A stretch of DNA of 64,000 nt from Candidatus Latescibacterota bacterium (GCA_963667175.2 CAXXXF010000015.1:352001-416000), one strand, 5' to 3'. Positions 49,335 to 59,491 are shown, counted from the stretch's first letter. The notes: a model not told the origin generated them from the letters alone. Numbers and translations are program-made.

Positions 49335-49890
49335 GCGGGACCTCTCCCCCCGACCCCTTAAAAGCGGGGAGAGGGGAGACGGGAGATGATGAGCTGCCTC
49401 TATGGGATATCGATACGGACTGGCGAGATCTTCCGGCGACAGCCGCAGACCTCTCCCCCCAACCCCCTCTCCCGGGGGGAGAGGGGGAGCAGAGCGAGAT
49501 GTCTTCAAGCGATGACCGTTCCCCCCTTCCCCCCGGGAAGGGGGATAGGGGGTAGGTCGGCGAGGGGTGTGGGGGATTGTAAGCGTTGCATCGCGCAAGA
49601 AGTTCATCGCAGGTAGGTTCGCGAAGTCCAGTCGAGCGCACGGAACCCAGTTCCAACGAGTGTTTGTCCGCCGACAGGCACCCTGTTGGGATGCTATGGA
49701 TAAACTGTACGAGGACCAACCCGTTTTCGTTCTTCCTTCTTCCTTCTTCCTTCCTCCTTCCTCCCGTCTACCGTCTCACCGCTTTCAGGTTTTCCTTCTT
49801 CCTTCTCCCTTCTTCCTTTTTCCTTTTCCCTTTTCCCTTCTCCCTTCTTCCTTCTTCCTTTTCCCTTCTTCCTTCTTCCTTCTTCCTTGT
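49335..49890. repeat. Composite repeat plus polypyrimidine heptamer tract
   Basis: REP-like doublet, ~90-nt element and TTCCTTC iterations; unit shared with 52155-52420 and 53945-54150. Confidence 0.85.
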
Positions 49891-49999
49891 TTTTTCGGAA
49901 CCTTTGCCCCTGCTACCGGGTCTAACACCCGTGACCACGAAAAAACAGCCGAACGCATCTTCGAGCCACCCAGGAGACCTGAGAAAGGGGATTTTCCCG

Positions 50000-51454
50000 A
50001 TGTCGATCCAACCCGTCCGCTACCGGCAACTGACGCTTATTCTGGGCCTGCTCTTCGCCGGCGGCGCATTCACGTCCTCCGCGTACGCGTCCGAGGACCA
50101 GGCCATCGAGCAGCTTCGGAACCTCAACAAGGCCTTTACGACGATCGCCGGGCGGGTGACGCCCACGGTTGTCACCATCAGGACAAGGGAGACCGTTTCA
50201 CTGGCCGACCAGCAATTCGACCCCCGATTTTACTTCCGTCCCTATTCCAGGAGGCCGCGAAACCGGGAACAGGAACGCCCGGGTCTCGGCTCCGGTATCA
50301 TCATGACCAAAGACGGATACATACTCACCAACCACCACGTGGTGGGCACGGCGGACGAAATCTCGGTGATCCTCAACGACAATAAGGAATTCGAAGCCCG
50401 GCTGGTGGGCACCGACTCCCTCACGGACGTGGCCGTCATCAAGATCGATGCCGAAGGGCTCCCAGCGGCGAACGTGGGCGACTCCGACAAGATCCGGATC
50501 GGGGAGTGGGTGATGGCGGTGGGCGCGCCGCTCCATCTGCGTTCTACGGTCACGTCCGGAATTGTGAGCGCTATCGGACGCAATCTGGACATCATTTCCG
50601 ATAATTTCGGCATCGAAGATTTTATCCAGACGGACGCTGCCATCAACCCGGGCAACTCCGGCGGCGCGCTTGTCAACCTCGATGGCGAAGTTATCGGGAT
50701 GAACACAGCCATCGCGACGGAAACGGGGCGGTTGTTTGTCGGCTATGGATTCGCCATACCCATAACCCTCGCAAGAAAAGTAATGGATGATATCGTAACC
50801 CACGGCAGCGTGCGCCGTGGCTTTCTCGGTATAGGTCTCAGATCGGTCGACGCGGCCCTTGCGGACGCGTTCGGGCTGGATCGTCCGCACGGCGTATTCG
50901 TCTCCAGGGTGTACGCGGATACCCCGGCGGAGGTCGCCGGGCTCATAGACGGCGACATCATCCTGAGTTTGGACGGCGAACCCGTCAACCGGCCGAACCA
51001 CGTTCAGAGCCTGATTGCGCGAAAACACCCCGATGATCGCGTGACGTTGAAAATCAGACGGAAGAACAAGACGATCGACCTCCAGGCCAGGCTGGGTGAA
51101 AAACCCGCTCAGATGGGCCAGATTGCCTCCGCCAGGCCGGCGTCCGGCGAGGCCGAGCTCCATGGCCTGAGCCTGAGCGACGTCACCCCGGACGTCGCCG
51201 GAAGATGGGGGCTGGAAGGAGAGACCGAAGGTATCCTCGTGACGGAGGTGGCTCCCCGAAGCCGGGCCGCGAGGGCCCGCTTCGAACGGGGAGACGTCAT
51301 CTTCAAGATCCGCCAGGGGAATTTCGAGCGCGAAGTGCGGTCCGTCGCCGAATTCAAAACGACCCTGACCAAACTCGAAAAGGGCCGCAACGCCGCCTTT
51401 TACGTGCGGCGGGGAACGTACCACCTGTTCCTGACCATGAAGATTCCCGAATAG
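50000..51454 (+). CDS. degP: DegP/HtrA (Do family) serine protease with two PDZ domains
   Basis: GLGSGII, ILTNHHVV, TDVAVIK and IQTDAAINPGNSGG. Confidence 0.93.
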   Translation: MSIQPVRYRQLTLILGLLFAGGAFTSSAYASEDQAIEQLRNLNKAFTTIAGRVTPTVVTIRTRETVSLADQQFDPRFYFRPYSRRPRNREQERPGLGSGIIMTKDGYILTNHHVVGTADEISVILNDNKEFEARLVGTDSLTDVAVIKIDAEGLPAANVGDSDKIRIGEWVMAVGAPLHLRSTVTSGIVSAIGRNLDIISDNFGIEDFIQTDAAINPGNSGGALVNLDGEVIGMNTAIATETGRLFVGYGFAIPITLARKVMDDIVTHGSVRRGFLGIGLRSVDAALADAFGLDRPHGVFVSRVYADTPAEVAGLIDGDIILSLDGEPVNRPNHVQSLIARKHPDDRVTLKIRRKNKTIDLQARLGEKPAQMGQIASARPASGEAELHGLSLSDVTPDVAGRWGLEGETEGILVTEVAPRSRAARARFERGDVIFKIRQGNFEREVRSVAEFKTTLTKLEKGRNAAFYVRRGTYHLFLTMKIPE

Positions 51455-51509
51455 GCGGCGCGCCTCGGCGCACGGCGGCACAAGCCGCCAAAACGACACT
51501 CACGAACGA

Positions 51510-51543
51510 AGAAGCCCGGTGGGCATTCCCGCCGGGCTTCTTT
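51510..51543 (+). terminator. Intrinsic terminator after degP
   Basis: GAAGCCCGG-loop-CCGGGCTTC followed by TTT. Confidence 0.75.
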
Positions 51544-51924
51544 GGATATGGAAAGTATTTGTTGATCGAGAAACTCGGACAACTCTTCAATCTCAATCGA
51601 GGAAGTCAGATGGAGGTCGGCGAACTTATCCAGGTCTATTTGAATCGCATCGACCGGGATGAGATTGGCCCTGTGCGCCTTCATCCGTTCACCGTAGACC
51701 CGCGGCTGAACCGGCAACGGGCAAACAGGCGTCACGTTTTCATCAGCCCATACGTTTCGTTCGGACGCCCGTCAATCACTGGCATCGGTGTGGCCACCGA
51801 AGTAGTTTATGATAGATTCATTGGAGGAGACACCTTCAGCGAAATGTGTAAGGACTATCGCCTCACACCCGTTCAGTTTGAGGAAGTCTTAAGGTATGAG
51901 TCCGCGATCAGGCGGGCCGCCTGA
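51544..51924 (+). pseudogene. 5'-truncated DUF433 (VapB45-like) antitoxin
   Basis: YLNRIDRD...RLHPF...ISPYVSFGRPSITGIGVATEVVYDRFIGGD...EEVLRYE; the N-terminal half is missing at the degP terminator. Confidence 0.7.
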
Positions 51925-52027
51925 ATCCCCGATTCACATATTTGTTGACCGCAACCTGTCCAGCGGGATATTATCACGAGAATTGCGCGAGGCCCGGGTC
52001 ACCAGCGACCTGGGCCTCGAAAGTTGA
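51896..52027 (+). pseudogene. 3'-truncated PIN-like (VapC45-like) toxin
   Basis: MSPRSGGPPESPIHIFVDRNLSSGILSRELREAR, overlapping the DUF433 stop; ends after 43 aa. Confidence 0.5.
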
Positions 52028-52154
52028 GGAAACGGTGTGATGGTGGGGCCTGCCTGCAGCGCCTGTCTGCGTGCGCACACGCACAGGCAGGCAGTTCGCT
52101 GCGCAGGCGGGCAGACATTCCTGTCTGCCCGCTTTTTTATTTCCGCAGGAATGC

Positions 52155-52420
52155 AGACCTCTCCCCCCGGGCCCTTAAAAGCGGGGAGAGGTGAGACGGG
52201 AGATGGTAGATGATGAGCTGCGTCTATGGGATATCGATACGGACTGGCGATATCTTTCAGCGATAGCCGCAGACCTCTCCCCCCGGCCTGCCTGCCGGCA
52301 GGCAGGCCCCCTCTCCCAGGGGGAGAGGGGGAGCAGAGCGGGACGTCTTCAAGCGATGACAGTCCCCCCTTCCCCCCGGGAAGGGGGATAGGGGGTAGGT
52401 CGGCGGGGAGACGGGAGATG
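52155..52420. repeat. Composite repeat, left flank of the ATPase cassette
   Basis: GATGAGCTGCGTCTATGGGATATCGATACGGACTGGCGA plus hairpin doublet. Confidence 0.85.
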
Positions 52421-52618
52421 ATATGAGTGCCCGATCGTTTTATCTGCCGTAACAACAATGGCTTTCAATTTACTCACCAAACGCCGAAAATCCCTTGAGA
52501 TATCGTCCGTTTGGCGATATATTTTCGTTGACTGCACGTCGAGCAATAGACAGGTCGGAATTGTCAGACGTTTTAAAGACCTGTGCGATTACCGAAAATT
52601 CATGAAGGGTTGGCCGCC

Positions 52619-53806
52619 ATGTCCATTCAGAGCGCTTTTCTGGACGAAGTACACGTCACGAACTTCCTCAGCTTGCGCGACGTCCAGCTTCCGCTAAAGC
52701 CACTGACGGTTCTTGTGGGACCCAATGCGAGTGGAAAATCCAATATCCTCAGCGCGTTGAGTCTTCTCAATACGGTGATGACCGCCGAAGAATTGCCGCC
52801 TGTTGAAACTATCCTGAATCACCTTTGGGCAGGTGAAGCAAACCAGGTCACGTTCCAATTGCAAGCGAACGTGGCAGGAGTTCCAACGCTATATGAACTG
52901 AAGCTTACGGCCGAAGCAAACAATCCGGTTGTTGCTGAAGAACTCTCGGTTGACTCTGTAAACGTCATCTCAATTCAAAAGGGAACGGGCGAAGTCTGGG
53001 ATGAAGATGGCAAAAATAAGACGCCGTACAGGTCCAATAAACTCGCATTGAAGTCAGCCGGCGACTATGGGAACAAGCCGGTGACAAGCGTCTTGACAGA
53101 GTTTATTAAAGGTTGGGAATTTTACGACTTTCGACCAGAATACATGCGCGGGCATTTATTGGGATTCCCATTCATAAAAACACGCTCGAATGAGTTGCGC
53201 GAATCCCCAAAACTCGACGATGATGGTTCGACCTTATCGACGCTACTTTCACATTGGCACGAGAATTCACGAGAGCGTTTCCAGAGTATCAGTGATTCCC
53301 TTGCAGCTTCTACGAATATCAGAATGGATCAACGTTCAATAAACGGTGAAAGCCAACTCTGTCTCCTGGAGGGCTACAAGCAGCCGATACCCCTTACGAG
53401 GGCATCGGACGGCACACTTCGGCTCGTAGCATATTACATCCTGCTCAACGAGCCTGAATTGCCGCCGTTTATTGCCATCGAAGAACCTGAGCGAAATCTG
53501 CATCCGGGCGCTTTGAAGGACATCGCGAATGTCCTTGAGCAGATCTCCGAGCACTCCCAGGTGATGATCACGACCCATAGCTCGCAACTATTGGATGCCT
53601 TCAGTCCTGAGAACTTATCAGAATCACTCGGTGTCGTGCTCTTACGAAACGTCCCCGGACGTGGCACGGAAGTCATCAACCTCGAAGACATTCGCGGCGA
53701 CCGAGCAGCAATTGACGGATGGATTACCGATTTCGGAATCGGCAGCGCCATTTTTGATAGCGAACTGCTCCCGGACCTGATGAAGGAGCCTGCGTGCCAA
53801 GCATAA
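52619..53806 (+). CDS. ABC-type ATPase (AAA_21 family)
   Basis: NFLSLRD, GPNASGKSN, ASDGTLR, IEEPERNLHP and MITTHS; AT-richer. Confidence 0.88.
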   Translation: MSIQSAFLDEVHVTNFLSLRDVQLPLKPLTVLVGPNASGKSNILSALSLLNTVMTAEELPPVETILNHLWAGEANQVTFQLQANVAGVPTLYELKLTAEANNPVVAEELSVDSVNVISIQKGTGEVWDEDGKNKTPYRSNKLALKSAGDYGNKPVTSVLTEFIKGWEFYDFRPEYMRGHLLGFPFIKTRSNELRESPKLDDDGSTLSTLLSHWHENSRERFQSISDSLAASTNIRMDQRSINGESQLCLLEGYKQPIPLTRASDGTLRLVAYYILLNEPELPPFIAIEEPERNLHPGALKDIANVLEQISEHSQVMITTHSSQLLDAFSPENLSESLGVVLLRNVPGRGTEVINLEDIRGDRAAIDGWITDFGIGSAIFDSELLPDLMKEPACQA

Positions 53807-53871
53807 GAATCTGGGCTCTGGAATCAGACAATGATGCCAAAGCCGTGAAATGTCTCGCTCGATTCCAATAG
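53794..53871 (+). pseudogene. Truncated partner gene of the ATPase
   Basis: AAGGAG RBS and GTG overlapping the ATPase end; MPSIRIWALESDNDAKAVKCLA resembles a TOPRIM-like start; stop after 25 aa. Confidence 0.45.
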
Positions 53872-53944
53872 CAAACAGCCCGCCGGATCACAAAGGACCT
53901 GGGCCTCGAAATTCGTTCTCACCCGGACGAGGCACGTTTGAAGG

Positions 53945-54446
53945 CGGGGAGACGGTAGACGTTAGACGGGAGATGATGAGCTGCGTCTATGGGATATCGA
54001 TACGGACTGGCGATATCTTTCAGCGATAGCCGCAGACCTCTCCCCCCAACCCCCTCTCCCGGGGGGAGAGGGGGAGCAGAGCGGGACGTCTTCAAGCGAT
54101 CACAGTTCCCCCCTTCCCCCCGGGAAGGGGATAGGGGGTAGGTCGGCGGGGACGTGGAGGAGAGATTACCTGCCGTGTGAGGTCTCGATCCAGGCCGGAG
54201 GCATTCAGGAAGAGCATATTGGGCAAGCGTCTTCTACCGTCTCACGTCTCACCGCTTTCAGGTCTTCCTTCTTCCTTCTTCCTTCTTCCTTCTCCCTTCT
54301 TCCTTCTCCCTTCTTCCTTCTTCCTTCTCCCTTCTCCCTTCTTCCTTCCTCCTTCTCCCTTCTCCCTTCTTCCTTCCTCCTTCTCCCTTCTTCCTTCCTC
54401 CTTCTCCCTTCTTCCTTCCTCCTTCTCCCTTCTTCCTTCTTCCTTC
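53945..54446. repeat. Composite repeat and ~190-bp TTC(C/T)(C/T)(T/C)C heptamer microsatellite
   Basis: Direct copy of the 52155 unit, then a pure C/T tract from ~54262 to 54446. Confidence 0.9.
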
Positions 54447-56204
54447 TCACCGCTCTTTCCTGATCTCGATGACGTAGGTCTCGGGAGATTCGGTTTTGTG
54501 TATCACCTCGAAGCGTTCGGGATAGGCTTTTACGGCCGGGACGATGTACTTCATTTTCTCTTTGAAAAACGGGACGTTGTCCAGAAGGACGTAGTCGAAC
54601 GCTTCCAGGGCCCGCAGGGCCCGGGCGGGATCCTCCACGCGGGGATAGCCACCGGTTTCCCGCTCCGACCAGAACCAGACCAGACCCGGTTTTCGGGTGG
54701 AGACGCGGCTCTGAGGCGGCGTGTTGTCCCGTATCCAGACGCTGGCCTCGTAGTACGTCTTCCAGTGCCGATGATAGCCCGGCGCCATCCTCTTTTCCCG
54801 TACGATTCCGAAATCCACGAACAACGATGGCAGCAGAAACAGACAGGCCAGGAACACGGGCGCATGCCTGTTCAGAACGGGACGTGTAAACACGGGCGCG
54901 ATCTTTCTCAGTGCCGGAAAGCGGGCGTAGCGCCGGGCCGGACCCGTCGATTCCGGGAAACATGCGCAGATCTTTTCTGCAGCCTTGAAAACGTAGAGCA
55001 TGATGAACGGCAGGATGGGGAGAAGATATCGATGCGGGGAACCGGGAAGGGTGAAGAGGGTCGCGACGTATCCCATGAAAAACCAGTCGTGGACCTCCAG
55101 GCTTCGCAGAAGCGAGAGGGGCTTTCTGTCAGGCGACGTTCTCCCGAACACGAACCCGATGCCGATCAGAATCAGAAGGAACCAGCCGATGGGCCGCCAT
55201 TTTGCGGAAATCGGCAACGGGTACATATACTCGACAGGCAGCAGGAGGTATTCCAGGTTCTTCAGATAGCCTGCCGGGTTTTTGTTGAAGATATAATAGA
55301 AAAAATTCTGCCAGAAGGAACCCGCTTCACCTTCCGGAATATAGGCTCCTCTCGCGATCTGATGGATCATTCCCAGGTATCCCTGGGACTCGGGAAAGTT
55401 GACCTTCAGGTACATTGCCCAGGGCAGCACCCAGACGGAGGCGCATGCAACGAGAAGCAGCGGTTTCCTGACCTCCTTTCGAAGCGCGAGGTAAATGGTT
55501 GCCGCAATCACCAGGTATATGGACGGGGACTTCACATGGTAGGCCCAGCCGGCGGCGCAGGCGGCGGCGATCAGCCATTTCCGCGAAATCCCGGGTCGCC
55601 TGATATATCGAAGAATAACCCACAGCGCCAACAGCGAAAAGGCCGGGAAGGGCACGTCCGCCGTGACGACGGCGGCGTATTCCACCGCAATCCAGAACGC
55701 GCCGCAAATCATCGCAATCAGCAGCGCCCGGTTGGCGTTCATGAATTCCCGAAAGACCAGAAACGCGCAGAACGGCAACAGGAAGCCCGAAATCGCGATC
55801 GTGACCTTGAGCGCGGGCACGCTGCCACGAAACAGGACGACCGCCGGCGTCAGCAGGGTCTTCACGCCCAGGCCGTACTGGCTGTCGAGAACGCGCTTTC
55901 CCTGAACCAGGCGCCTGGCGTCCCTGATATACGCGATATTGTCGCCGATCACGTGGACCCACTCGTTGCAGGTGAGCAGGTACAGACCGGTGACGGCGAC
56001 GCAGCCCGTGACGGCCGCGGTCACAATCCGGCGTTCCGGAATCCGCCCGAAAGCCGCCAGGCCGGCGACGCAGAGAATCACCACCATACAGGCCATCGTG
56101 GGCGCCAGCGTCGCAACGTTGAGACGGTGCGCGCAGTGATAGGCCAGCAGGACGACCAGGGAATACGGGAAAACGTAGCTGAGATATCGGGCGGTCGCGT
56201 TCAC
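54447..56204 (-). CDS. Polytopic GT-C fold glycosyltransferase (GT39/ArnT-like)
   Basis: Many TM helices, GDNIAYIRDARRL loop, RYLLPILPF and ASVWIRDNTPP; coupled to the GT2 gene. Confidence 0.7.
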   Translation of the reverse strand: MNATARYLSYVFPYSLVVLLAYHCAHRLNVATLAPTMACMVVILCVAGLAAFGRIPERRIVTAAVTGCVAVTGLYLLTCNEWVHVIGDNIAYIRDARRLVQGKRVLDSQYGLGVKTLLTPAVVLFRGSVPALKVTIAISGFLLPFCAFLVFREFMNANRALLIAMICGAFWIAVEYAAVVTADVPFPAFSLLALWVILRYIRRPGISRKWLIAAACAAGWAYHVKSPSIYLVIAATIYLALRKEVRKPLLLVACASVWVLPWAMYLKVNFPESQGYLGMIHQIARGAYIPEGEAGSFWQNFFYYIFNKNPAGYLKNLEYLLLPVEYMYPLPISAKWRPIGWFLLILIGIGFVFGRTSPDRKPLSLLRSLEVHDWFFMGYVATLFTLPGSPHRYLLPILPFIMLYVFKAAEKICACFPESTGPARRYARFPALRKIAPVFTRPVLNRHAPVFLACLFLLPSLFVDFGIVREKRMAPGYHRHWKTYYEASVWIRDNTPPQSRVSTRKPGLVWFWSERETGGYPRVEDPARALRALEAFDYVLLDNVPFFKEKMKYIVPAVKAYPERFEVIHKTESPETYVIEIRKER

Positions 56205-56923
56205 GAGAAGCGGGTTTTGAGGAGGGTTTTGACGTTGATGAAAAAGTCCGTCCAGCGCACCTTCTTGCCGGCGCGCGCGTCACGTCCCTGGTAGGTGATC
56301 GGAACGTCCACGATCCGGCAACCCCTCTTCAGGAGCTTGGCCGTGAGTTCGTGTTCCAGGTCGAAGCCGTCCCGAACCAGGGGTATCCCGCGCACGACGT
56401 CGGTCCGGTAGAGCTTGTACCCGGTGCACAGATCGCTGATGCGGGAGTTGAAGAGGAGATTCGTAAACCACGTGAGCAGCTTGTTCGCAATGAAGTTCGG
56501 CAGTTTCATGCCTTCGATCCGGCCCTGGAAACGCGAACCGAAGACCACATCGATCGACGGGTCCCGCAGAAAGGGCGCGATCAGGTCGGGGTAGTCTTCA
56601 GGCGCGTATTCCAGGTCGGCGTCCTGGATGAGGGCCCAGTCGCCGGTGATATGCTCCAGGGCCGTGCGGACGGCCGCGCCCTTTCCCCTGTTTTGGGGAT
56701 GGCGGGCCACGCGGATGCCGCGGGCCTTCAGGTCCTCACATATCGTCCCGGTCCCGTCGGTGGACCCGTCATCCACGACGACGATCTCTTTTCCCACGCC
56801 TTCCTGGACGGGTACGGCCCTCACGCGGTCGATTACCGCGCCAAGCGTGCTCGCCTCGTTGAACACGGGAATCATGACGGACAGCAGGTGTTCTCGCGAG
56901 GCCCTGTTCGAGCGCGCGCTCAC
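56201..56923 (-). CDS. Glycosyltransferase family 2 (polyprenol-phosphate sugar synthase-like)
   Basis: LSVMIPVFNE, VDDGSTDGT, NRGKGAA, QDADLEY and VFGSRF. Confidence 0.9.
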   Translation of the reverse strand: MSARSNRASREHLLSVMIPVFNEASTLGAVIDRVRAVPVQEGVGKEIVVVDDGSTDGTGTICEDLKARGIRVARHPQNRGKGAAVRTALEHITGDWALIQDADLEYAPEDYPDLIAPFLRDPSIDVVFGSRFQGRIEGMKLPNFIANKLLTWFTNLLFNSRISDLCTGYKLYRTDVVRGIPLVRDGFDLEHELTAKLLKRGCRIVDVPITYQGRDARAGKKVRWTDFFINVKTLLKTRFS

Positions 56924-57999
56924 GTGGCGCCTCCCGGCGCAACCTGCGCGACCTCGAGGCCCGCGGGATCGACGGTTGCCGCAAGGAGCCGTGCGGTGGG
57001 TACCGAGGCCAGTATCTCCCGCCATGCGGCCGCGAGTTCGGACGTGGCTTCGGGGCGCGGCGCAAGCGCCCAGACGCAACCTCCGTTGCCGCTGCCCGCC
57101 GTGGCAAAGCCCGCCCCAATACTGGCGCATACGGCCTGCAGCTTCTCTCCGAGCACGGTCATCCGGGCGGGCACGATCGCGCATCGAATCCCGGTTTCCT
57201 CGTCCAGCAGCCTTCCGGCGGCCTCCCAGTCCGCGCGTTTCAGGGCGCCCGCGAATTCTGTGGCGATTTCATTGACACGGAACCACAGGTCGCGGCGCCG
57301 TCCCGCGAGGAAATCCTCCACCTGCCGGCTGTTGACGTCGTTGGAGTCGTGCGGCTTGCCAATGTAGGCGACCAGCAGCCGGTCGCCCAGGGCGCCGTAC
57401 CGGTCCCGCGAGAGAACCGCCTCCCTGCGGAACTTTCCCGTCGGTTCGCCATAGGTCCAGCGCCACGTGTTGACCCCGCCGTACGCGGCGGCGCACTGGT
57501 CCTGCAGACCGGTATAGGAGAATCGGAGACCGTCTTCAATATTGTAGACGACCTCGATGATTTCCTCCGGCGACAGACCGGGGCCCCCATTCAGCGCCCT
57601 CGCGCGGGAAAGCGCCCCTGCCAGGGCGACCGAGAGCGTGCCGGACCCGCCCACGCCGCTGCGCGGCGGGCAGCCGTAGGAGATCTCGATTTCGACGCCG
57701 CCCAGCGCGAAATGAGCCGCAATCGCGAACAGAAGTCCGAAATGGCCCGTCATGTCCGGCGCGTCCGCGGGAAACGTCTCGTGATGAAATTCGTCCGCAA
57801 TGCGCACGTATCCCGGCCGGTAGGCTTTGAGGCGGACGCGGGTGCGCGCGGAGATGGCGATATTGGTGGTGGCGGGATTCAGACTGGCGTAGGGCAGCGC
57901 GAAACACTTGAGGTCCCACGTGCCGCCAACGTCCAGGCGGCAGGGCGCCGAAGACAGGATTTCGACGGTCTGAAGGCGGGCGCTGAGGTCCGTGGTCAT
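56920..57999 (-). CDS. GHMP-family sugar kinase (HddA/heptose-7-phosphate kinase-like)
   Basis: APCRLDVGGTWD, PPRSGVGGSG, GLQDQCAAAYGG and GSGNGGC. Confidence 0.8.
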   Translation of the reverse strand: MTTDLSARLQTVEILSSAPCRLDVGGTWDLKCFALPYASLNPATTNIAISARTRVRLKAYRPGYVRIADEFHHETFPADAPDMTGHFGLLFAIAAHFALGGVEIEISYGCPPRSGVGGSGTLSVALAGALSRARALNGGPGLSPEEIIEVVYNIEDGLRFSYTGLQDQCAAAYGGVNTWRWTYGEPTGKFRREAVLSRDRYGALGDRLLVAYIGKPHDSNDVNSRQVEDFLAGRRRDLWFRVNEIATEFAGALKRADWEAAGRLLDEETGIRCAIVPARMTVLGEKLQAVCASIGAGFATAGSGNGGCVWALAPRPEATSELAAAWREILASVPTARLLAATVDPAGLEVAQVAPGGAT

Positions 58000-58022
58000 G
58001 TGCTTTCTCGAAGCGCGCGAGC

Positions 58023-58961
58023 TCACGCGCGCGGATGAAAGGTGCGGTGGACCTCTTTCAGGTATTCCCGATCGACGTGGGTGTAGATCTGCGTGGTGGA
58101 AATATCCACGTGCCCCAGCATCTCCTGCACGGCGCGGAGGTCGGCGCCGCCCTCCAGCAGATGGGTCGCGAACGAATGACGCATGGTGTGCGGGCTGACC
58201 GCCTTGTCGATACCGGAACTCCGGACGTACCCCTTCAGGATCTTCCACACGCCCATGCGCGACATGGCCCCGCCCCGGAAATTCAGGAAAATCGTGTCTC
58301 CCGACGCATGCCCGCTCAGGTCGACGCGCGCGCCCGTCAGATAGCGATTGACCCAATCCACGGCTTCCGTTCCGATGGGCACGATCCGCTCCCGGCTGCC
58401 CTTGCCGATCACGCGCACCACCTCCAGGTCGAAGAGGAGGTGCAACCGCTCCAGCCCGATCAGTTCCGACACCCGGAGACCGGCGCCGTACAACATTTCC
58501 AGCAATGCGCGGTCGCGCAGCCCCAGCGGCGTCTCCACGTCCGGCGCCATCATCAGGCGTTCCACTTCGTAGACGTTCAGGACGGCGGGCAGTTTACGGC
58601 CCAGTTTGGGCGACTTCATATGCTCGGTGGGGTCGTTTTCGATGACGCCTTCGGCCTGCAGGAACCGATGAAACATCCGGACGGCAGTCAGATTTCGCGC
58701 CACGCTGGAAGCTTCCAGGCCGAGGTCCCCCAGCAACTGCAATAACGCGGACACGTCGGCCTGCGACACGTCGACGGGGGTCCTTACCCCGCGCGCGTCC
58801 AGCACGTCGGCGTACCGGTCCAGGTCCCGGGCATAGGCCGATACGGTATTTTCGGCCAACCCCTGCTCCAGGCGCACGTAGTCCAGGAACCCGCGCAACG
58901 CGTCCCGCCATTCCGCCGACGCGCCCCGCTCGCCCGCGTCCGTATCCATCACGACCGCCAT
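58023..58961 (-). CDS. xerD: Tyrosine recombinase XerD
   Basis: GLAENTVSAYARDL, RDRALLEMLYGAGLRVSEL, HTMRHSFATHLLEGGADLR and TTQIYTHV...HPRA. Confidence 0.93.
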   Translation of the reverse strand: MAVVMDTDAGERGASAEWRDALRGFLDYVRLEQGLAENTVSAYARDLDRYADVLDARGVRTPVDVSQADVSALLQLLGDLGLEASSVARNLTAVRMFHRFLQAEGVIENDPTEHMKSPKLGRKLPAVLNVYEVERLMMAPDVETPLGLRDRALLEMLYGAGLRVSELIGLERLHLLFDLEVVRVIGKGSRERIVPIGTEAVDWVNRYLTGARVDLSGHASGDTIFLNFRGGAMSRMGVWKILKGYVRSSGIDKAVSPHTMRHSFATHLLEGGADLRAVQEMLGHVDISTTQIYTHVDREYLKEVHRTFHPRA

Positions 58962-59491
58962 TCCCGCGAACTCCCCCTGCCGCCGTTCCCTTCCAGCGCC
59001 AGCAGGGCGCCCTTCCATTCCCCGCCGTAGGCGAACCCCGTCAGCGCCCCGGACGCGCCCACAACCCGGTGACAAGGCACAACGATCACGCAGGGGTTCT
59101 TTGCGAGCGCGGCGCCCACCGCGCGGGCGGCCTTCGGGCGTCCGATGGCATTTGCGACGTCGCCGTAAGACCGCCGCCCGCCGTACGGAATCTCCCGGGT
59201 CGCCCGCCAGACCATCCCCTGGAACGCCGTATGGCCGGAGAGGTCGGGCACGTCGTGAAACCGCACGGGTTCGCCGGAAAAATAGCCGGCCAGCGCGTCG
59301 ATGAGGCGCTGCCCCTGCTCGTTGGGGGGAGCGCCCTCCACCAGCTCGGGACCGGCGATCTCGACCCGCTCGAAACGCCCCAGCCGGATCGACGACAGCC
59401 TGCCATCGTCCCAGGTTGCCTCGACCCGACCCAGTCCCGTCTTCAGAACGGCGGACTGCAGGGTCGACGCGGTGTGATTTCCGTTTTTCAT
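58949..59491 (-). CDS. ogt: Methylated-DNA--protein-cysteine methyltransferase
   Basis: IPYG, ARAVGAA and VPCHRVV. Confidence 0.93.
   Translation of the reverse strand: MKNGNHTASTLQSAVLKTGLGRVEATWDDGRLSSIRLGRFERVEIAGPELVEGAPPNEQGQRLIDALAGYFSGEPVRFHDVPDLSGHTAFQGMVWRATREIPYGGRRSYGDVANAIGRPKAARAVGAALAKNPCVIVVPCHRVVGASGALTGFAYGGEWKGALLALEGNGGRGSSREWRS

Noticed and set aside
54177-56294. 705-aa ORF with FLLPSS repeats; likewise the N-terminal extension of degP from 49586
   Set aside because: Microsatellite read-through; the real genes are the minus-strand GT-C and degP from ATG 50000.
58023-58961. Tyrosine recombinase as a prophage or integron integrase explaining the cassettes
   Set aside because: It has canonical XerD motifs, lies in a housekeeping operon, and no IntI-specific insertion or attC-like sites were seen.
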